NCBI GenBank assembly: GCA_934660865.1
Contig: CAKUIA010000012.1
Coordinates: 622-32,621, forward strand
Source: an uncultured Opitutales bacterium
Lineage (GTDB): Bacteria; Verrucomicrobiota; Verrucomicrobiia; Opitutales; Intestinicryptomonadaceae
Length of the DNA stretch: 32,000 nt
Direction: 5' to 3'
Shown: positions 8,115-17,413 of the stretch, piece by piece
Layout: every line of letters starts with the position of its first letter
How positions within the stretch are numbered: position 1 is the first letter of the stretch
Translations under genes and position numbers: made by a program
Notes under the pieces: generated by a model
The model's input: the letters and a program-made list of their open reading frames with translations, nothing else
Databases searched by the model: none
What the model was told of the DNA's origin: nothing

Positions 8115-10028
8115 TTAGTTGCCCAAAACAAGGGCGGGTTTGTTCGAAAAATATTTTTCCATAACTGCCTTAACTATTGGCCCCGCGGTTTTGCCGCCGC
8201 TGGCGTCGCCAGGCTCTTCGCCTTCTATTACAACGGCCATTGCAATTTCGGGGTTGTCGGCGGGGGCAAAGGCAACCATCCAGGCCAGGGTAAGCGGGCG
8301 CCCCTGCGGGCGCACCTGCGCCGTTCCCGACTTTGCGGCAATTTGCACCAAGTCGCTTGCAGCCCTGCGCGAGGTGCCCGTATTTACGGAGGCGGTCATA
8401 CCCCTTACAATTTCAAGATAGTCGCTTTTGTCTATCGGTATCGGCTCGCCGCCGTGGTATTTTTGGTCGGTTATGCGCATTGGCGAGTGCAAAATAGACG
8501 GCTTTGTTCTTGTCTGCATTCTGGCAACGGAGGCCGCAACACAAGCCATCTGAAGCGGCGTTGCAAGCAAATAACCCTGCCCTATCGAAGTATTTGCAGT
8601 GTCGCCCGAGCTCCACGGGCCCAGCAGGTTTCTTTTTTTATACTCTTTGTCGGGCACAATGCTGCGCGAAGTTTCGTTGGGCAAATCAACCCCCGTTTTT
8701 TTGTCCAGCCCGAAAAGTCGGGCCGTGTCGCTGATTGCCTCTATGCCAGCCTTTAGCCCTTCGTCGTAAAAATATACATTGCAGCTTTTTTCCAGAGCCT
8801 GCGCCATGTCGAGGTGGCCGTGCCCCGAGCGCTTGTTGCACGGGAAGCGCCTGTTGCCTACAAGCATTGCCCCCATGCAGTTTACGGTATCCTTTACATC
8901 GAGCGTTCCCGCCCTTAGCCCCGCAATCGAAGTTAAAATCTTGAACGTAGACCCCGGCGGATACAAACCCTGTATTGCCCTGTTAAGCCATGCGCCCCTT
9001 TCCCTTATTTGCATGTCGACTTTGTTCGAGATGAAAGGCGAAAGCAAATTTGCGTCGTAGGTGGGCTTCGAAGCCATTGTTAAAATTTCGCCCGTTTTAA
9101 CGTCTAGCACCACAACTGCGCCCTTGCGCTGCGCCATGGCGTCTTCGGCCGCCATTTGTACGTCTATGTCCAGCGAAACGCTAACGGTTTGCCCTTTTTT
9201 CGGCAGAATTTCCTGCTCTAGGCTATACTGGAAACCCTTTGGGTCTACCACCCATATCTGCATTCCGCTAGAGCCCGTAAGCAGGTCGTCGAACTGCTTT
9301 TCGACGCCCGACCTGCCCTTTTTTGCGACAAAAGAATATGTGCGCAATGTTTCGCCGGGTATACCTTCGTCTTCAACCTCCATTTGCGAGCCGACAAAAC
9401 CCAGAGCATGCGCCGCATACTCGCCGTAGGGGTAGCTGCGCGACGAATCGGCATATACCTGGACGGGAGAATCGACGGGCAGTTTTTCGGCCAAAATCGC
9501 GTATTGGCGCTCGTCTAAATCCTTTATTATGGGCAAGGGCAAAAGCATTCTTTCCGAAAAATGCCTGTTAAAATCGCCTACGTCCAATTTAAAGTCGCTG
9601 CCTAAAACCGAATTTATGTAGTCTACATAGCGCTGCAAAACGCGCTTGCGCGCCGCAATGGAAAGCTCTGAAGCGGGCATTTTAGCCTCGTCGCTTTCGG
9701 GGTGCTCTTTTATGTATTTTTTAAGCTGCGAATACTCTTTTCTAAACAAGCCCCTGATTTCGTTAAAGTAAACGACAACCGAAAATCTGGGTTTGTTGCC
9801 GACAAGCAGCTTGCCGTTGCGGTCTAAAATGTCGCCCCTTGCCCCCGGTTTAATTACGCGGCGCAATGTCTGCCTTTCGGCCTTTTGCTCGTATTCGGAA
9901 TGCAGAATAAGCTGCCTATACGCCAAAGCCGACGACAATACCAAAAACATTCCCAGCAGCGCAAAATAGAAAACCCCTAGCTTGCGCTTTTCCTTGCCGA
10001 AAGCCTCTATTTTGGGTTGGTTATCCAT
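8115..10028 (-). CDS. mrdA: Penicillin-binding protein 2 (elongasome transpeptidase)
   Basis: It has an N-terminal TM anchor and the transpeptidase motifs STFK (PPGSTFKIL), SCN (EKSCNVYF) and KSGT (AAKSGTAQ). Its start overlaps the mreD stop by 8 nt. Confidence 0.9.
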   Translation of the reverse strand: MDNQPKIEAFGKEKRKLGVFYFALLGMFLVLSSALAYRQLILHSEYEQKAERQTLRRVIKPGARGDILDRNGKLLVGNKPRFSVVVYFNEIRGLFRKEYSQLKKYIKEHPESDEAKMPASELSIAARKRVLQRYVDYINSVLGSDFKLDVGDFNRHFSERMLLPLPIIKDLDERQYAILAEKLPVDSPVQVYADSSRSYPYGEYAAHALGFVGSQMEVEDEGIPGETLRTYSFVAKKGRSGVEKQFDDLLTGSSGMQIWVVDPKGFQYSLEQEILPKKGQTVSVSLDIDVQMAAEDAMAQRKGAVVVLDVKTGEILTMASKPTYDANLLSPFISNKVDMQIRERGAWLNRAIQGLYPPGSTFKILTSIAGLRAGTLDVKDTVNCMGAMLVGNRRFPCNKRSGHGHLDMAQALEKSCNVYFYDEGLKAGIEAISDTARLFGLDKKTGVDLPNETSRSIVPDKEYKKRNLLGPWSSGDTANTSIGQGYLLATPLQMACVAASVARMQTRTKPSILHSPMRITDQKYHGGEPIPIDKSDYLEIVRGMTASVNTGTSRRAASDLVQIAAKSGTAQVRPQGRPLTLAWMVAFAPADNPEIAMAVVIEGEEPGDASGGKTAGPIVKAVMEKYFSNKPALVLGN

Positions 10029-10551
10029 GCAAATCCAGGCTAAGCTCCATTTTTAACGCCATAAAAAGCGACTTGTTAAACGAGTACCAATACGGCGCAA
10101 CCCACAGCAAAAACAGCGTGGAAAAAAGATAGTCGCTAAAAACCCTTAGCGCATACGCCGCCAAGGAAACCGAATGCGGCATAAAAAACAAAACCGCCCA
10201 AACAAACATTGCTGTGTTTACAACCGCGCACACCGCAAAAACGCCGAGATTGTCTATGCTGCGGAACCTAAACGACTGGCTTTTTACGAAAACCGAAGCC
10301 GCCGCATACATGAATATAAGCGAAAAGGCGGGCACGGGCAAAAACGCCTCGCTTAGCGCACCCGTAAAGACGGCCACAAGCAGCAGCTGCCAAAGCTTTA
10401 AATAGACCGAAGGCACAAGCACCAAAATCACGGGCGCAAAAACATACACGCCCCATGCCGACAAAAAATCGTTTAGCGTGTGCAAAATAAAAATGCAGGC
10501 GACATTTACCAAAGCCATTATATACGGCCTTATGTCGAAGGCGTTTCCCAT
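10021..10551 (-). CDS. mreD: Rod shape-determining protein MreD
   Basis: It is a 176-aa polytopic membrane protein positioned between mreC and mrdA with near-zero gaps. The call rests on size and context. Confidence 0.7.
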   Translation of the reverse strand: MGNAFDIRPYIMALVNVACIFILHTLNDFLSAWGVYVFAPVILVLVPSVYLKLWQLLLVAVFTGALSEAFLPVPAFSLIFMYAAASVFVKSQSFRFRSIDNLGVFAVCAVVNTAMFVWAVLFFMPHSVSLAAYALRVFSDYLFSTLFLLWVAPYWYSFNKSLFMALKMELSLDLHG

Positions 10552-10552
10552 T

Positions 10553-11383
10553 CTACTTTTGCTCCACTTTGGTAAGTATTACAACTTCGCGCAGGTCGTG
10601 CAGCGACTTCGGTAAAATAACAGTGCCGTTTTTAAACAGACAGTCGTCGTCTAAAACCAGTTTTTCGACACAGCCGATATATATGCCCTCGGGAAAAGTT
10701 CCCGCCAGCGACGATGTATACAAAAGCAGCGGCTCTTTTTCGCTCGCGTTCAGGTTCGAAGGCACCGAAAGCGCGTTGCCCGAATACGAGGTAAACGCCT
10801 TTGCCCCACTCCCCTGGTATATAACGGGGGTTGTGCACCCGCTAAAATACGCCGCCATTCTAAAGCCCGAACTGCTCACCAATTCGACAACGCTTTCGAA
10901 CGACGAAACCTGCACAATGCGGCCTACCACGCCGTCTTTGTAAATAACGGCGTCGCCCTTTTGCACGCCGTCGGCCGAGCCGCGCCTTACGGTTATCTGC
11001 TGCCACCAGGCCGAAATGTCGCGCCTTACAACCCTTGCAACAACGGGGTTAAACCTGTCGAACGAGGGCATTTTTAAAAGCGTTTCGTAGCGCGCTATGC
11101 GGTTTTTTAAAAACTCGTTTTCCAAAACCTTTGTGGTATACGAGGCGTTTAGCCGCGCCAAATCCCTGCCGGCCTCTATAAGCGCCCGCTTGGAATTTGC
11201 GTGCTTAATCCAATAGGTTTCCAAGTCGCCCAACTGCGAGGGCAAAATGTCTATCGGAGCCGAAAATTCGGCAAACAAAGCCTTTGCCGAATTTTTCAAA
11301 AAAGGCGGCATTAAAAAACAAAGCGCCAAAACTGCGACAAATATCGCAATATCACGCAACGCCCTTGTTTTGCCCCTAGACAA
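10553..11383 (-). CDS. mreC: Rod shape-determining protein MreC
   Basis: It has an N-terminal TM helix, a coiled-coil-like region (LENEFLKNRIARYETLLK) and a beta-rich C-terminal domain (DAVIYKDGVVGRIVQVS). It lies directly downstream of mreB. Confidence 0.85.
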   Translation of the reverse strand: MSRGKTRALRDIAIFVAVLALCFLMPPFLKNSAKALFAEFSAPIDILPSQLGDLETYWIKHANSKRALIEAGRDLARLNASYTTKVLENEFLKNRIARYETLLKMPSFDRFNPVVARVVRRDISAWWQQITVRRGSADGVQKGDAVIYKDGVVGRIVQVSSFESVVELVSSSGFRMAAYFSGCTTPVIYQGSGAKAFTSYSGNALSVPSNLNASEKEPLLLYTSSLAGTFPEGIYIGCVEKLVLDDDCLFKNGTVILPKSLHDLREVVILTKVEQK

Positions 11384-11399
11384 TGTTCAGACAATAAAG

Positions 11400-12419
11400 T
11401 TAGTCGTTCTCGCTTGTCCACCAGTGAAGGTCGGTAAGTATTTTGCCCGTGCCGTTTGCAACCGCCCTAAGAGGGTCTTCGCCGACAAAGCAGGGCAGCC
11501 CGGTAACTTCGCTTAGCATTGTGTTTAAGCCCCTAATAAGCGCGCCGCCGCCTGCAAGAACTATGCCGCGGTCCATAAGGTCGGCACTGTGTTCGGGCGG
11601 GCAGTGCTCCAAAGCCTCTCTTACAACGCTTACAATCGAGGCAAAGGTATCCGACAACGCCTCTCGTATTTCCTCTGAGGTTATAGTTAAAGTTTTGGGC
11701 AGGCCCGCAACCGAATCGCGGCCTTTTACCTCCATTTTAAGCTCCTCTTCAAGCGGGTGGGCCGAACCTATGCGTATTTTTATTTCCTCGGCGGTTCTTT
11801 CGCCTATCATAAGGTTGTACGACTTTTTCATATACTGCATAATGGCCTTGTCGATTTCGTCGCCGCCAACCCTTATGCTTTTCGAATACACAACGCCCGA
11901 AAGCGAAATTACGGCAACTTCGGTAGTACCGCCGCCTATGTCTACAATCATCGTTGCGGGGGGCTCGCCAATGGGCAAGTCTACGCCTATTGCCGCGGCC
12001 AGCGGCTCTTCCATAAGGTACACAAGCCTTGCCCCCGCCCTTATGGCCGACTCTTTAACCGCCCTGCGCTCTACCTCGGTAATGCCCGACGGAACTGCAA
12101 CTACAACTCTGGGGGCTACAAACTTCATCGCGCTTGAAGCTTTGTCTATAAAGTATCTTAGCATGTGCTCGGTAATTTCGAAGTCGGCAATAACGCCGTC
12201 TTTCATCGGGCGAATGGCCGTGATGTTGCCGGGGGTTCTGCCCAGCATTTCCTTTGCCTTATTGCCCACGGCCAAAACCCTTTTGGAATTGTTAAAAACC
12301 GCAACAACACTCGGTTCGCTGATAATTACGCCCTTGTCTTTAACGTACACAAGGGTGTTTGCCGTTCCCAAGTCTATACCGATGTCGTTTGTCCAAATGT
12401 TCTTTAAAAAGCCTGCCAT
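11400..12419 (-). CDS. mreB: Rod shape-determining actin homologue MreB
   Basis: It carries canonical MreB sequence: DIGIDLGTANTLVY, DIGGGTTEVAVISL and GIVLAGGGALIRGL. Confidence 0.95.
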   Translation of the reverse strand: MAGFLKNIWTNDIGIDLGTANTLVYVKDKGVIISEPSVVAVFNNSKRVLAVGNKAKEMLGRTPGNITAIRPMKDGVIADFEITEHMLRYFIDKASSAMKFVAPRVVVAVPSGITEVERRAVKESAIRAGARLVYLMEEPLAAAIGVDLPIGEPPATMIVDIGGGTTEVAVISLSGVVYSKSIRVGGDEIDKAIMQYMKKSYNLMIGERTAEEIKIRIGSAHPLEEELKMEVKGRDSVAGLPKTLTITSEEIREALSDTFASIVSVVREALEHCPPEHSADLMDRGIVLAGGGALIRGLNTMLSEVTGLPCFVGEDPLRAVANGTGKILTDLHWWTSEND

Positions 12420-12515
12420 AAATATTTATTTTGTTGTGTGTTTAAAACATAATCGTAAGAATTGCGGGCATTGTCAAACTATATTAGAGCATTTTATTAA
12501 CGATAAAAGACTGTT

Positions 12516-14228
12516 ATGAAACGCATTTTTCGGATTTTAGCATTTTTTACCATGTTGTTTTGTTTTTCGGGCGTTTTTGCAGCTCCGCAAAAAATATCGG
12601 CAACCCTTTCGGCCGACCAGCCCGAGCAAATTGCGGGCGGCAATATGCTGCTTTGCGTGCAAATAGAAATTCCAAAAAACGCGCACATATATTCGTTCGA
12701 CAGGCAGTCGGCGGGGCAACCTACAAAAATAGAGCTTGCACTGCCCAAAGGCTACGAAATTTTGTCGCAAAAAATACCGCCTGCACAAAGCTTTTCGCTT
12801 TTCGGCGAAAAGGCTTTAGGCTACGAAAACACCCTTAAGGTTTTGTACGAAATACGCGTGCCTAAATTGGCAAAGCCCGATGCGGAAATCTCGGCAAAAG
12901 TGTCGGCATTGCTGTGTTCCGACATATGTGTACCGCAACAAGTTATAGCAAAACTAAAAATAAGAGTGCCCCAACAAAACGTGCAAAGCCTGTTTGCCGT
13001 AATAAAGACGCTTATAATACCGTCGGCGCTGGCGTTTTTGGGCGGTTTTTTGCTTAACCTTATGCCGTGCGTTTTCCCCGTAATAGGCATAAAGGCGCTT
13101 TCTTTGGCGAAAAATTCGCAAAACAAAAAGGGAGCCTGGAAGGCGGCATTCTCGTATACTCTCGGCGTTGTGCTGTGCTTTTTGGGGTTCGGCGCGGCAA
13201 TTTTGGCGCTGAAAACTGCGGGGCTAAAATACGGCTGGGGCTTTCAGCTGCAAGAGCCCTTTTTTGTGGGGCTTATGTTTTTGCTGTTTTTGGCAATGGG
13301 GCTTTCGTTTTCGGGAATATATCAGATAGGCAGCAACTTAAGCAACATAAGCGCAAACCCGAAAGAGGGCTTTTGGGGGGCTTTCCTTTCGGGAATGCTT
13401 GCGGTTTTGGTTGCAAGCCCGTGCTCGGCCCCCTTTATGGGCTCGGCAATAGGCGCGGCTTTAATGGACAATTCCACCTGGCAGCTTGCCTTTTGCGTGT
13501 TTTTGTTTTGCGGGCTGGGCATGGCGTTTCCGTATGTTGTTTTGGCGGGCTGCCCAAGCCTTTTGCGCTTTTTGCCCAAAAGCGGCGAGTGGATGAATAC
13601 CTTTAAACAGTCGCTCGCATTTTTGCTGTACTTAAGCTGCGCATGGCTTTTTTGGGTATTTTGCAGCCAGACAAACGCCAATGCCGCGGGGCTTTTGGGG
13701 CTTTCGGCGGTTGTATTGGCGGCGGCCTGCGCAATTTTCGGCAAATGGCAGGCTCCGCATTTTTCCGCATTTAGGCGCATTTCGGCAAAAACGCTTTCTT
13801 TGGTTTTGCTTGTTTTTTCGGTATATACCGCCTTTTACGCCGCAAAAAAAACATTAGCCGAAACCGCAAACGAAGCTAGCGCAAACTTTCCCGCACTTTC
13901 GCAACGGATACAAACCCTGCAAAAATCGGGCAAATGCGTGTTTTTAGATTTTACCGCAAAGTGGTGCGTAACTTGCCAGGCAAACGAAAAGGCCGTGCTA
14001 AACACGGAATCGGTAAAAAGGCTTTTCGCCGAAAACAATGTCGAAAAAATCGTGGTGGACTGGACAAAAAAAGACCCGTCTATAACCGAAGAGTTGGCCA
14101 AGTTCGGCAGGGCGGGAGTTCCGCTGTATGTTTTGTACCCCGCAAACCCGAAATTGCCCCCGCAAATTTTGCCGCAAATACTAAGCTACGACATTGTTTT
14201 CAACGCGGTTGACAAAGCCGAAAAGTAA
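12516..14228 (+). CDS. dsbD: Thiol:disulfide interchange protein DsbD (three-domain reductant transporter)
   Basis: It has a signal peptide and an N-terminal domain with the Cys pair LLCSDICVP. The CcdA-like TM core has MPCVFPV and SPCSAPF. The C-terminal thioredoxin domain has WCVTC. Confidence 0.85.
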   Translation: MKRIFRILAFFTMLFCFSGVFAAPQKISATLSADQPEQIAGGNMLLCVQIEIPKNAHIYSFDRQSAGQPTKIELALPKGYEILSQKIPPAQSFSLFGEKALGYENTLKVLYEIRVPKLAKPDAEISAKVSALLCSDICVPQQVIAKLKIRVPQQNVQSLFAVIKTLIIPSALAFLGGFLLNLMPCVFPVIGIKALSLAKNSQNKKGAWKAAFSYTLGVVLCFLGFGAAILALKTAGLKYGWGFQLQEPFFVGLMFLLFLAMGLSFSGIYQIGSNLSNISANPKEGFWGAFLSGMLAVLVASPCSAPFMGSAIGAALMDNSTWQLAFCVFLFCGLGMAFPYVVLAGCPSLLRFLPKSGEWMNTFKQSLAFLLYLSCAWLFWVFCSQTNANAAGLLGLSAVVLAAACAIFGKWQAPHFSAFRRISAKTLSLVLLVFSVYTAFYAAKKTLAETANEASANFPALSQRIQTLQKSGKCVFLDFTAKWCVTCQANEKAVLNTESVKRLFAENNVEKIVVDWTKKDPSITEELAKFGRAGVPLYVLYPANPKLPPQILPQILSYDIVFNAVDKAEK

Positions 14229-14250
14229 TGCTTAGATTACGCAAATTTTT

Positions 14251-15498
14251 ATGGAGCATTTGAAATTTTTAACCGAAGAAAAGGCGATTGAAATCGCCGA
14301 CAACTACCCGTCGCCCGCATATGTGTACGACAAAAACTCGCTTATAGCCCAAGCCAAAGCGGCGCTGGCCTTCCCCAACGCATTCGGGCTTACGGTACGC
14401 TATGCAATGAAAGCTTCGTCGAACAAAAACATCTTAAAGCTGTTCGACTCGCTCGGCATACACATAGACGCCTCGAGCGCATTCGAAGCGCAAAGGGCGA
14501 TTATGGCGGGAATTGCCCCCGAAAAGATTTCGATTTCGTCGCAGCAAATGCCCGAAAATATTGTAGAGCTAATAAATATGGGCGTAAAGTTCAACGCATG
14601 CTCGCTTTACCAGCTTGAATGCTACGGCAAACTTTTGCCGAACACCGAATTGGGCGTTAGGATAAACCCCGGCCTCGGCTCGGGCGGAACAAAAAGGACA
14701 AATGTCGGCGGGCCTGCCTCGTCTTTCGGAATTTGGCACGAATTTATACCCCAAATTTTCGAAATCTGCAAAAAATACAATTTAAAGATTACAAAAATAC
14801 ACACGCACATAGGCTCGGGCTCAGACCCCGAAGTTTGGCTTAAGGTTGCCAAAATGAGCCTTTCTACTGTTGAGATTTTTAAGGACGCAACGTGTCTGGA
14901 CATGGGCGGCGGCTTTAAAGTTGCGCGCATGCAGGGCGAAAAGGCAACCGACTTGCAAAAGATTGGCGCGCCCGTTGCCGACGAAATCAGAAAATTTGCC
15001 GAAAGGACGGGCAGAAAGATAAAGTTTGAAATAGAGCCGGGAACATTTCTTTTGGCCAACTGCGCGGCTTTGGTTTGCAAGGTTCAGGACATGTGCTCGA
15101 CGGGCAAAGACGGCTACGAATTTATAAAGACAAATTCGGGTATGACCGATGTTTTGCGCCCCTCAATTTACGGCGCGCAACACCCCATTATTGTAGTTCA
15201 GCGCAACAAATGCCGGGAAACCAAAGACTACATTGTAGTCGGCCACTGCTGCGAAAGCGGCGACATTCTCACGCCGCTTCCCAACGACCCCGAAGGCCTA
15301 ATGCCGCGCACGCTGGCAAAGGCCGAAATAGGCGACGTTTGCGTTATAGAGGGCTGCGGCGCATACTGCTCCAGCATGGCCACAAAAAACTACAATTCGT
15401 ACCCCGCCGCCCCCGAGCTTATGCTCGAGGAAAACGGCGCAATAAGGGTTATACGAAAGCTTCAAACCCTAAGCGAAATTGTAGCCGACGAAATATAA
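14251..15498 (+). CDS. lysA: Diaminopimelate decarboxylase (fold-type III PLP enzyme, E. coli LysA type)
   Basis: It has blocks parallel to remembered E. coli LysA: RYAMKASSN (the PLP Lys), RINPGLGSGGTKRTNVGGPASSFGIW, HTHIGSG, EIEPGTFL, GHCCESGD and the C-terminal IRKLQTLSEI. Confidence 0.75.
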   Translation: MEHLKFLTEEKAIEIADNYPSPAYVYDKNSLIAQAKAALAFPNAFGLTVRYAMKASSNKNILKLFDSLGIHIDASSAFEAQRAIMAGIAPEKISISSQQMPENIVELINMGVKFNACSLYQLECYGKLLPNTELGVRINPGLGSGGTKRTNVGGPASSFGIWHEFIPQIFEICKKYNLKITKIHTHIGSGSDPEVWLKVAKMSLSTVEIFKDATCLDMGGGFKVARMQGEKATDLQKIGAPVADEIRKFAERTGRKIKFEIEPGTFLLANCAALVCKVQDMCSTGKDGYEFIKTNSGMTDVLRPSIYGAQHPIIVVQRNKCRETKDYIVVGHCCESGDILTPLPNDPEGLMPRTLAKAEIGDVCVIEGCGAYCSSMATKNYNSYPAAPELMLEENGAIRVIRKLQTLSEIVADEI

Positions 15499-15511
15499 AA
15501 AAGGCGCGTCT

Positions 15512-15919
15512 ATGGTTGAAAGCACTTCGCATATAAGAGTAAGGTTTTCGGAAACCGACGCAATGGGCGTTGTATACCACAGCAACTATCTTAACTGGTT
15601 CGAAGTTGCGCGCGTAGACCTTATGGACAGCATAGGAATGCCCTATAAGAATTTTGCCGAAAACAAAATACACCTGCCCGTTGTCGAGGCGCATTTGGAG
15701 TATAAACGCCCCGCCAAGTTCGACGACAAGCTTGAAATTACGGCACGCATAGAGGAAACCCCGACCGTTAAAATAAAGGTGCAATACGAAGTTTTGCGCG
15801 GCGGCGTTTTGCTTTGCAGGGGGTATACTACCCACGTTTTCATAGGCGAAAAAGGCACGCCCGTAAAGCCTCCAAAAGAGTTCTTGGAAAGGCTGCGCGG
15901 GCTTATCGGAGAGCGGTAA
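15512..15919 (+). CDS. Acyl-CoA thioesterase of the YbgC/4HBT hotdog family
   Basis: It is 135 aa with the N-terminal motif RVRFSETDAMGVVYHSNYLNWFEVAR that is typical of YbgC-type thioesterases. Confidence 0.8.
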   Translation: MVESTSHIRVRFSETDAMGVVYHSNYLNWFEVARVDLMDSIGMPYKNFAENKIHLPVVEAHLEYKRPAKFDDKLEITARIEETPTVKIKVQYEVLRGGVLLCRGYTTHVFIGEKGTPVKPPKEFLERLRGLIGER

Positions 15920-15931
15920 CGCGCAAAAAAG

Positions 15932-17413
15932 ATGAAAGGCGTCGCCGCAATACTGGTATTTGTTTTGCTCGCCGTTTTCGGGACGACGCTTAGGGTGCAG
16001 TCGGCCTCGGCAAGGGCGCCGCACGCCGACGAAGCCGAACAGGCCTACACCTTTTACAGGCTCTACAACACAAACGAGTATAAATACAACCCCAATGGCC
16101 CGCACGGCCCCGTGCTGTATTATTGGGCATACGCCTGCCAAAAAGCGCACGACTTTTTGGGCTTTAAAAAGGTCTCGAAAGTTGAAATTAAAACTTTGCG
16201 GCTATACCTTTTGCCTGTGTTTTTGGCAATGCTTGGGGCGTTTTTTTGCTGCCTCGGCAAAAAATACGGCGCAGTTTGCGCCGTAGCGTGCGCCGCCCTT
16301 TGGTGCTTCTCCGGCCTTTCTGCAATATATTCGGTATATTTTGTGCAGGAGTGTTTCTTTTCGCTCTTTGTATTTTTGGGCGTTTTATTTGCCTATAAAT
16401 TCGCCGAAAAGCCCGAAACGAAAAACGCGGTTTTGCTCGGCATTTTTTGCGGGCTTTCGCAGTCTTGCAAGGAAACTTTCGCCCTTGTAGCCCTCGCCAT
16501 GCTTTTGCCGTTTTTATGGGTTTGCTGCGCAAACAAAACTCTTTTTACAAAGCCGTTTTTTAAAAACGCAGCGTATGCCGCAATATCGGCAATGACGGTT
16601 TACGTTGTGTTTTACTCGTCTTTTTTTACAAACTTTTCGGGCGTTGCCGACGGTCTTTTAAGCTACATGCACTTTGCCGACAAGGCCGAAAGCACGGCGC
16701 ACTCGAAGGAGTTTTTGTATTACGCAAAAATACTTTTGGGCGACCCCAAAAACCGCATATTTATGGGCGAAAGCGCAATTACAATACTTGCCGTTTTTGG
16801 CGGCATAACCGCCTTTGCAAAGAAAGACGCTTTTGCAAAATATTGCACAGTGTTTGCAGCCGTTTATTTTGTTTTGCTTTCGCTTATTGCATATAAAACA
16901 CCGTGGCTGCTTATGTCGCTTGCGGCATTTTTGTGCCTTTTGGCGGGCTACTTTATTTCCGCGCTATGGAATGCAAAAAACAAATTTGCAAGGCTTCTTG
17001 CGCCTGCCGCGTTTGTTGCGGCCATTTTCTTTCAATACAGGCAGGCGGGTTTTGCCGCAGTACGCTTTGCAAACGACCCGCGCAACACATTTACCTATGT
17101 GCACACTTTAAGCGACTATAAAAATTTCGAGAGCCTTGCAAAAAAAATACTGGCCGTAAAGCCGAAGGCCTCTTTCGAATTTTTTGCCCAAAATTCGCTT
17201 TGGCCAATACCCTATCTGCTTTTGGAAAACAACGCCCTGTTTACCGACACTGCGCGCAAAACCGACGCCGATGTGGCCGTTTGCGATTCCGACAAACTAA
17301 ACGCATTTATCGACAAAAACGCGTATCAATTCGACTTGTTCGGGCTGCGCGAAAACCTTATACTTAGAGTATACATAAAAAAAGAACTATACGAGAAAGC
17401 CGTTTTAAAATGA
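15932..17413 (+). CDS. GT-C fold membrane glycosyltransferase-like protein (ArnT/PMT-related, resembling the function-unknown TIGR03663 family)
   Basis: It is 493 aa and polytopic. The first loop carries the DE dipeptide and the HGP tripeptide (PHADEAEQAY...YKYNPNGPHGPVLYYW), which I recall as the hallmarks of TIGR03663 and PMT-like enzymes. Confidence 0.6.
   Translation: MKGVAAILVFVLLAVFGTTLRVQSASARAPHADEAEQAYTFYRLYNTNEYKYNPNGPHGPVLYYWAYACQKAHDFLGFKKVSKVEIKTLRLYLLPVFLAMLGAFFCCLGKKYGAVCAVACAALWCFSGLSAIYSVYFVQECFFSLFVFLGVLFAYKFAEKPETKNAVLLGIFCGLSQSCKETFALVALAMLLPFLWVCCANKTLFTKPFFKNAAYAAISAMTVYVVFYSSFFTNFSGVADGLLSYMHFADKAESTAHSKEFLYYAKILLGDPKNRIFMGESAITILAVFGGITAFAKKDAFAKYCTVFAAVYFVLLSLIAYKTPWLLMSLAAFLCLLAGYFISALWNAKNKFARLLAPAAFVAAIFFQYRQAGFAAVRFANDPRNTFTYVHTLSDYKNFESLAKKILAVKPKASFEFFAQNSLWPIPYLLLENNALFTDTARKTDADVAVCDSDKLNAFIDKNAYQFDLFGLRENLILRVYIKKELYEKAVLK

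Noticed and set aside
7950-8756. A 268-aa plus-strand ORF antisense to the 3' part of mrdA and the start of the 193-aa gene.
   Set aside because: It is Arg/Cys/Gly-rich nonsense-like sequence. The opposite strand encodes PBP2 with the KSGT and SCN motifs.
11443-12519. A 358-aa ORF on the plus strand that covers the entire mreB gene in antisense.
   Set aside because: The translation is a Ser/Thr/Ala/Pro/Ile-rich low-complexity sequence with no motif, and it mirrors the codon structure of mreB. Long stop-free antisense frames are a known artefact of codon bias in highly conserved actin/Hsp70-fold genes. The mreB frame has unmistakable motifs.
14251-15498. The PLP decarboxylase considered as an exosortase-system-associated decarboxylase or a polyamine (carboxynorspermidine) decarboxylase linked to potABC.
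   Set aside because: Its blocks parallel E. coli LysA along the full length. It lies about 10 kb from the exosortase gene and about 12 kb from potA, on different transcription units. Ordinary diaminopimelate decarboxylase is the simplest call.
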